Source: Catajapyx aquilonaris
Lineage: Eukaryota
Assembly: GCA_000934665.2 (NCBI GenBank)
Contig: KZ539083.1
Span: 1 to 34,107, forward strand
Direction of reading: 5' to 3'
Length of the DNA: 34,107 bases
Each line of letters starts with the position of its first letter. Position 1 is the stretch's first letter. Made by a program: the position numbers and the translations under genes. A model generated the notes under the pieces. The model was not told the origin of the DNA. It saw only the letters and a program-made list of their open reading frames with translations, and did not search any database. This document shows, one piece after another, positions 1 through 9,000 of this stretch.

Positions 1-53
1 TCCGTCTCCAGCAGCAGCCTCAGATCTGACACTTCTTTGTCTAAGGTTTCCTT
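1..53 (-). CDS. Eps15: Eps15 exon 10, truncated by the window edge (KETLDKEVSDLRLLLET)
   Basis: ctgtag| acceptor; in-frame heptad-like sequence. Confidence 0.8.
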
Positions 54-3000
54 CTACAGAACCAAATATGTTACAACTCAAAACTCAAGCAGGGAGTGTA
101 AAATGATAGTCTTTATTTATTTTTTAAATGAGATATTTAAAAAATTAAACCATGCCTGGAACCAATCACTAATTTGGCGACTTAAATAAATCTGGGCACA
201 TTAAAAGTATTCCAACACCAAACTGGTTATGGAAAAAAAAACTACTCTCGTAAAATCATGCCAAAAGCTTCTAGTATCACGTGTTCAATAAAATATGCAG
301 GCTGAAGCAAACAGTGCAGGTAATATAAATAGCTTATCAAATATGGACAAGCTAATGACTACGTTTCATTAATAACATCCGTCTTGTTTGTCCACAACAG
401 ACAGGCCTGTGAGACACGACAGTTCAATAATTTTTTTAACAAATCGTTTTGTCGTGAGAGAAAGTATGCAATGTATGTACACATCAATATGTTCTTGTTC
501 ACACTTCACCACAATCAGAAATGTTAAAAAATGGTGGGAGCTCGACAATTCTCTCCAGAGCATCATACATGCAATGTTTGCTTCACACTGAACACATTTT
601 CTTGAATTTAATACTTGGGATTACGTGCAGAAAACTTATTCCACTCCAAACAGAAGGTGATGGTAAAGCACTTTACCTGAGTATCCAAGTCATTTAGTCG
701 TTTTTGTGCCTCCCCTTTTTGGTTTTCAAGTTGTCTAAGAGTAGCGGCGAGGGTGTCAAACTCACTCTGGAAAGCAAAAGTTTCGCCAATTAATAATGAT
801 GCACGAGACGTACATTGTATTAAAAACTAGCCAAATTTTCTAACCTGCAGGCTCTTAATTTCTCCATTTTTAATCTTCATCTCCACCTCCTTTTGTGCAA
901 TCTCCGATTCAAGAACCCGCTTCTCGTTGCTCAGCTCCTGAATCTCCTTCCCAATCAGCTCCAACTCTGGGTTAGAATATGCTGCATTCACATCCTGGAA
1001 ACACAAGAGCAATAAGTGCGTTACAGATTGGTTCAGACGACAGCAACTTCAAACAGAATTGTGCACTACAGCCATTGAATTGCAAGTCCCACATAAACAT
1101 TGTTAAATCTCGCGGGTTAGAATAACGGATGCTTCTAATAATGCAAAATGATGTAGGTTATAAAAGCTTTGACCTTTTTTTCTGCTGTGAAATTTTTCCT
1201 TTCCGCACAATCACACCTCACACGTCCTCTTCCCGAGGATCTTGCCCTGGTTTCTAGGGCCTATCCTTGGTGACCTTGACCACTGGACTCCTTAGATGCA
1301 ACGCCAGCGGGAGTGCCCCAATAACTAATCCGTCCCTCTGCATCAGGTCCACTGTGCGTCTGAGAGTCTTCCTTGTTTACTACCACTGCAACTACCACTG
1401 AGACTTTCTTGACCACTACTATCTGTGAGTCATTCCTGTCCATTTCCATCTGTAAGTCTTTCCTGTCAATTTCCATCTGGGACTGTTGGCTTATCCATGC
1501 CTCCTTCGTTGCCTCTTTCGGAACCTCACTGGTCAATGAGTCAGTCTTTGCCAATCCGATTTGGGATTTGTCACTTGCCCGCGCTACCCCTTTTTTCAAC
1601 CACTTTTGGAAGTACCCTTTCGATTCTACCTTCCTTGATGGACTGGAAGAGTTGTTGTCAATTATCCCCTCCAGTATAAACCCTTCCATGGCGTCGTCAT
1701 CAAGTGATGGTGCTTTCATGCTGCTTGGCAGGGCATTGACATAAGATACCCTTCTCTTCCTCAGGTCTTCTTCCTCTGCCCTTTTCCTTGCTTTTTCTTC
1801 CCGCTCGGCTTTCATCTTCCTGTGTTCCTCTACCTGTTCAGGATCGTCCCGGAATGGCTTAGAATTGCTCCAATCGATGAACAGAATCTTATTGCGCACA
1901 GGTGGTAACACTTTGTCATGTAGATCTATCCTATCACTCTCAGGTACATGTACTATTGGGCGTAATTTCCTGGCCCGCTTAAGGGCATACTTGAACAAAG
2001 TCTTCTTCCTCTTAGGACTCTCTATGTCATTGGCTTTGGCATAGTTGTCGAACCGCTCCTTCTGGAATGTCTCTCTGAAGAACGGATGTGTCATTGAGTC
2101 AAATCGCTTGGCAAAATCAATCTCGTCATGCATAAGTGCTGCCAAATGCTTATCTCGTTCCTGATCATCCTTGCGACGTTGCATGCGTCTCTCACGGCGT
2201 TCGTCCTTCTGCTGCACAATGTCACAGATGGTTTCGTATTTATACCGAGTTCTGTCCCTGCTCTTTTGCCATTGACTCCTAGGTTCCAGTGGCTGGTATC
2301 TGACCTCCCCTGGGGTCATCCATCCTTCAAAATTAACTTTCTCAGTTGTGCCAAAATTCATCCATGGATTCTCATCTGCAATAGTCCTAAGTGCGTTCCC
2401 CTGTACCTGCATCGGCGCTTGCTTAGGGACAATCTTGGTGGGTTTCTTCTTGGGCCATGTCATTAGCTGTGCATGCCGTTCCTCATACTGCCTCCAAGGA
2501 GAATGGAAATGCCAGTGACTGTGATCCAACTGGGGAAAGGCAGAGACGAGTGGAATGATGCGGTGGGTCCCTCCCGGAACCTTCACTGGCTTAGGCCTGA
2601 TTTTGCAAAACATGTCTAATGGGCTTTGGAAGAAAAAAAAAAGTCTGGTAACTAAAATTTTGCTCCTGCTTGAAATGTGATTATTGAAATTTCAAGTCCG
2701 TTTCCATGAAAAAACTGTTGTGACAACGAGCTTTTCCAACAAAATACATTTTGAGCCAACCTGCAAATGCTCAGGTATACACATGCTAACCAACAAGCGT
2801 TTAAGTGCGTAGCACACACCATACGTATGTATTCGGTGGAGTCAAAAACTGCTGGCTCCGTTCCTCCTGAACTACATGCCCGTAAAATTTTATCACAGCA
2901 GCACATCACTTCATAACCTGCAGAAACATTGCATAGTTACACACTCCCCAAATAAAAAACAATGAAAGATCTTGCACTACCTCCAAAAGAGCTTGAATTT

Positions 3001-6000
3001 GAGATCTCTATTCAGAGGAAGCGGACAAGACCTTATCACCTTTATCCGGTTTGATACGACCCTGCTTTGATAAGAGGAAACAGGCTGATTTTGTAAGTTA
3101 TTCGACTTCAAACAATAGTTGTTGTTACAACAGAAGGCATAAGTTCGTCTTGACTTGACTTTTATTATGAAACGTGTCAACCTAATGTACAATAATGCCT
3201 GTCGTACTAATCTGTTGCTTTTATTATGTGCACTACTTATTAAATTATTTTGTTAACATTTTCAAATCAAGCTATATTACAATAATTTTAAACTATATGG
3301 ACTAGAACCGAATAGAAAAATGCACAATATTACAGAAAATACTATCCTTCAATAATAATTTATCTTCGCCATTTATGTTATTATTATGACTACAGTTGTT
3401 AACATTCTCATTTCCAAGGTTCATTTTCACAAAAATGCCTCTGTCCTTCCCATTGCTTCTGCTGTTCGCCATGCCTCTTGCCCTCTGGGCTCGTGAACCT
3501 CTCAACATGTCCTCGGAACTGAAAATTATGCGGAGGGGCATTCGGCAATGGAGCCAACCTGTTCAGATTCCAGGACTTTACCACACAGTGATTGACCTGG
3601 TACGGAGGGAGAGGCTGAGGCAGCAGTGGAGAGAGCACTACAAGTGTTTGAAAAAGGCAGCGAAGGCCACATCAAGACTGCCCACACTCATCCTTCCCAT
3701 GGCACAGATGGCACTTGAGGGAACATCTGCCATGTAATTTGAAGCTAACGTTGCATACACTTTGAGCCAGCTATGTTGGTCATAGAATTTAATTCCATGC
3801 AGCAAGCACAAATGCAGCTGTCATAAAAAGTCCAACTGCACAATTAACACCAGGTTTGGCAATGAGTATCCACTCCCTCCTTCCTTTTCAGGTTGGTGTG
3901 CCAGACCTGCATCGCACCAGACATAACCGTCTATGGCATATCATGGCGCTTTAACCCGATCCCTTCACTGCAGTCCCTGGCTGTGACCATTGATGAGTCC
4001 TTGCACTTCTTGGATCAGAGGCTGTCATTGGTAGTACGAAATTCCATGCCGTCAAATTCTGGTCAGTACTCTTGCTATGTGCAAGGATCAGTCAGAGGAA
4101 TGCAACATCTTGAATCAGTCCATCCAGACGAGCAACCTTTAAAAGTGGTTCGTCCTAAGTCAGCCCCTAAGGGTGACAAGCCAGCCCTTTCAAAGGATGT
4201 GCCAGAGGAGAACCTCAACCTGACGACAGGCTGGGGAACGTGGTCCAACTGCTCAAGGTGCGGGGCAGTGGGGAGAAAGGTGAGGTTTGGATACTGCGTT
4301 GTGTCAGCATCAGAGGGGACAAAGCCCAAGTTAGGTGTGGCACAAACACTCCTAGATCTATACCAGTTAGGAGTTCCATGCTTATCAACCTTACTGCCAG
4401 ATGAAATCAGTGAGCTTGAAGAAGTTAAAGGAAGACACAGTGAGATCCTAGTTGCCTTTTGCAAGGTGAGTTCACTCAATCCTTCAGTATGAGACATGCA
4501 CTTGAGTTCGCGCAGAGTCGAGAGTTCCCAAATTGCGTTGATGCTGCTATCATAGTTTTTGTCGAACTGGTTAACCCTCCATCACTCTTCGCCATTTAGG
4601 TACGTTGCCCCAAGTCTGAAATATTCGTGACCCATGATGTAATGGGCAATATCCTAGAAAGAGCTAATAACTCTGCCGGGCAGTACTCCTTCATTCAGGG
4701 CAGAATACCACCCCCACCTGAGCCTACAAGATCACATTTGGATGTCCAACACAATGCTAAGGTCACCCTCATTTGCCAGGGGTACGTACCTCACTTTTTA
4801 AAAACCCAACCCAATCCAAACTGACAAACCAAAAACCCTTTAAAGAGGTCGGCTAGGTCCAAACACAAAGATGTGGAAGGTGGGTTCATCTCCTGTTCAA
4901 CTTGGAACTCGGATCTACGTGGACTTCTTGGGCTACCTACACTTCAACCCCATAAGCATGTTGGACTCGGGAGTCTACAGGTAGGCACGCTTCACGTTCT
5001 CACATTTTAAAAACAATTGGTAACGGTACAACTATCATCTGTCACAGTCTTGATGCGTAAGAATTGATTAATCTCACAAACCAGCACTGTCCAAACCACA
5101 TTACGTGAATACACTGTCGTCTGCTCACAGAACCACCCCCTCCTAAAAAGATTCCCCAACATGTCCGCCTATTACAGATGCTTCAAAGGCAAGCAACTTC
5201 TTTCAACCGTCTACCTGTCAGTGCACGTAAACAAGGTGCTTTTCACTCAAGTAATTGTGGATACACTGCTAACAATTTTAGCAGTGTATGTAATATTCAA
5301 GCTGCTTGTGGAAATTGCCAGGCAGCTATCGAAGGTGAAGCCAAAATAAATGGGAGAGGTTCTCTGCACACTCACCATGGTAGGCTCAATTCCCGGCTTG
5401 GGCCTGAGGGTTGGAGGCACCATTTCTGGAGTGAGGGCAGCAGGGGGATCGACACCCTTGATTTTCTGGCCTATCATCCACATGGACAGGGCAAACTGCT
5501 CGGAAGTGAGCTTCCCCGTTTGCTTCATGTCACACAAGTTCCTGAAACAACAACGAAAAAAAAAAAAATGTAAAAAATATCTGGAGAAACTTTTTTTCTC
5601 AACACCCTACTGTAGTATTTAGCTACATCAATATATTGATTTCGAAAAATGATGCCTAAATCAGAATTGACCCAATGATGCACAAGATTCAGTGTCAAAA
5701 AAGTGGGAAACACTCTTGTCCTCTACAGGGTGATCCAAATAAATGTCTGAAGTTGATATTTTTGGGCACTAAAACTGCTTATTTTTCAGTTACTTTTAGT
5801 GATTATAAGTATTACTTGGTCATAGTAAGTTCTATAGATCCCATCTTATTGTATCCAAGGGGAACTGACCTACAAAACATTGATTTTCTCATTGACTTTC
5901 GATGCGAATTGTTCCAATGGGTCTCAGAAATTTACTGCAATTCAGAGCTTGGATAAATGCTTCAATTAGGCATAACATTTTGATAACCATTAACATTAAC

Positions 6001-9000
6001 TGCTCCGAAGTAACTGCCTAAAAATTAGCGACTTGGAGGAAAGATTGCTAATAAAAGTGGCCATTTCAATTGGAACACTCTACATGTGTGCCAGATTTTT
6101 TTAGAAAAAGTATTTTCAGGCACGTACATTTTCATGCAGGACACATTCTAAAGCAATGAAATGTGACTATGCAACAACAACACAAAAAAATACCAACCAG
6201 ATGTGAGCCAGGACTGCCTGGGGCACGCCTGACTGCAGGAAGACATCCTTTATCTCTGTCCCAGAGACAAAACCATCGTGGTCCAGATCAGTTTGCTTGA
6301 AGAGGAGATCGTACTTGGTTTTCTCTTCAGCTGTCACTACCCACGGGGCAGCCACCGGTTGCGGTGGCAGAGGTGGTTGTGGCTGGGGTTGTTGCTGGAT
6401 GACGGCAGAGGTAGGCACCACGGGGGGCATCCCGTCCATACCAGGCAAGAGGGTAGGTAACACTTGGACTGCCCCAGGAAGGGCATAGCCAGAATTTTTC
6501 CTCTTAGCTGGTGGGAGGAGCTCAGGGGGAAGGGAGTTTGGGATGGTGTACTTTTCCAGGGCACGATACACCAAGTGCATTGCCTGAAAATGCAGCAGGA
6601 ATAAGTCATGCGTATCTAGCAATCTCCTGGCTGAATGTCAGGTAAATCTACAGCATATGTTACTCTAGTCGTACACATTTAGCGATTCAACGTTTCATCT
6701 GCGGCCACAGGTTGCAATGTCAGTACAAATGCTCACCACAGAAAATTCATCCCTGTCAAGCATCCCATCCTTGTCCATGTCCGCAAGATCCCAGATCTTT
6801 CCCAGTGTCTCCATTGGAAGCTTTGAATCCAGCATCAGGCCCTTCACTTTGTTGCCCTCAATCTTCCCTCCCACTGGCTGCAGAGAGTCAAACAATTGGT
6901 CGTACTTTGCTTTCTCATTTGCCTTCATGCTCCAGTCAATCACAGAGGAGGTGGGTGGTGCCATAGGATGGCTTGCCACTGAAGTTGGCACTACTGCTGG
7001 AACAATATCACCCTGCAAACAGGATACATTGTAAGTTCCCACCGTCGTCTTCATCACTGATTACCCATTATCGGTACGACACTTGTAATCCCATCTAATG
7101 CCATTCAATTGTAAACTGGAGGAAATCACCTAGATCAAAAATTATCAAATCAACAAAAATGTGCTTACCATTTGCGGTGGAGGGGAATCCACTCCGAGGT
7201 TGACCAGACTGACCTCCTTCCCATTCTGTGCTAGGGATACCAGCTTTAGAGCCACGAAGAGGCCACTCTTGTCTAGGTATCCCCGACCCGTTGGATCCGA
7301 AAGGTCCCATATCTAGAAATATATATTTCAGTTATATAAGCTTATGCCGAATATTATTCTGAGCCAAGAGATTGGCAGCCACTCACTTTGCTGAGTATTG
7401 CGTCAGATAGACCAGATTTCTTTAGGAATTTTGCAGCATCTAGGGCAGCAATGGTCCCTTTATTGGTGGGATCAACCTGTGGAGAGACAAACTAAAATTA
7501 GACGCAAACATGCTTACTCTATTAAATCCTATTCCCCTTAACTTCTTTTCTACTAAATGGTTCCAAAATATTGTTGCCCAAACATATTATCCAATTAGGC
7601 CTTATAATTCACTTCTGTGGTACTTTTCTTTTGTGATGCAGCAGCACTATTGATTTTTCAGTAAGTGCATTAAAATGTAAACAGATTTGCTCTCACGTTA
7701 CGAGATGTAATTAAATGCTTTGCCTGACTGAACACTGCCTTAATACCCATTACTAATGAATTCCTAAATTATGGATCAAGGCACTTCGAGCGTGATAAGG
7801 GAAATGCTGGGCATGACAAACTGCTAGTGGGACAGGTCACAACCTGTTTACAAAGGTCATCTGCAGGCAACCTGGGATTTATTATTATGACTCGCTGACT
7901 GTCTCATGTCTACAAGTTATGAATAAGATTCTTCATATTAAACAAGACGTATTTGCATGTGTTCATATCCTGATGGCCGAGACACATATCATAAATGTAA
8001 CTAAATCTGGCCAATCGAGGCACGGTTGCAGTTGGTGTCTCAGAGCTTGCATTGCTTTTGTTTACAACAAGAACAATTTAGAAGACACAGCGGAAAACCA
8101 CACAAACCACAATTTCATCAGAGTGAATATAAGCTGTCAGAATGAGGCTACTCCTTGGAAAATATGGCTCACACAATAATAGGTGTCACCACATCCAGTT
8201 ATGGTTTCATCAACAACGTGCATTTAAACATGTGGCCTGATAAACACCTGTTACATAATGGGACTAATCTGGGTCCAATTTTCAGATGCCCTTGAATGCA
8301 ATTTCTCCCCCATCTTTTATAGAGCAGATTAGGATTTGCGACTTGTGCGACATTCAATGACCAGTTAATGTGAATGATTTCAGGCAAGTGCGCAATAATT
8401 TTTGCCATAAAGCGTAACAGATTGCAAAATGAAAACAATAGATCATGGGCCGACTCAATGCAACATGACATGTAATACACAAGTCTACACAAGGTTTTCA
8501 ATCCCCACCCTACATGCACCACTTTTATAGATGAGATCATAAGCAATAAAATTCTTTCATGCATGTATGAAAGCTTAATTATGAATGCAGTGGACTGCTT
8601 ATGAAGGCATTCCTTCCAGAATGTTGCAACAACATTATGCACTGACACATGTCCTCAATGGTCAGATGAAACAATGAAGATGGCCACTTAATAGTCACTT
8701 AACAAGCAAAACTGGTGCACTGATGCAGTGCCATTAACACAGAAAGTGAAAGCCATTTACGTTATCATTATTAAGCTTCAGAATTTCTTCAGGTAAGGCA
8801 ATTTCCATCATTAAAAGTCCCATTTTCCTTTACCTGCTCTTGGCCATAGTTTCTTTGGCTACTCACATAAACCAGATCAGAGCAAACCATTTAAAAAGGT
8901 GCATAGTTACAGTTCGGAAAACGAAACGACGATCTGACGTCATCATTTTGTTCTCATGAACAATAGGAGTAAACAATGTTCTTTTCGTTGACACTGTGTT

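Noticed and set aside
4075..4497. 140-aa minus-strand ORF
   Set aside because: Antisense shadow of FAM187A-like exon 2.
5178..5573. 131-aa plus-strand ORF
   Set aside because: Alternative frame of FAM187A-like exon 5 running antisense over Eps15 exon 7; no independent support.
8199..8648. 149-aa ORF in Eps15 intron 2
   Set aside because: Composition resembles translated intron; the EH1 exons join without it.
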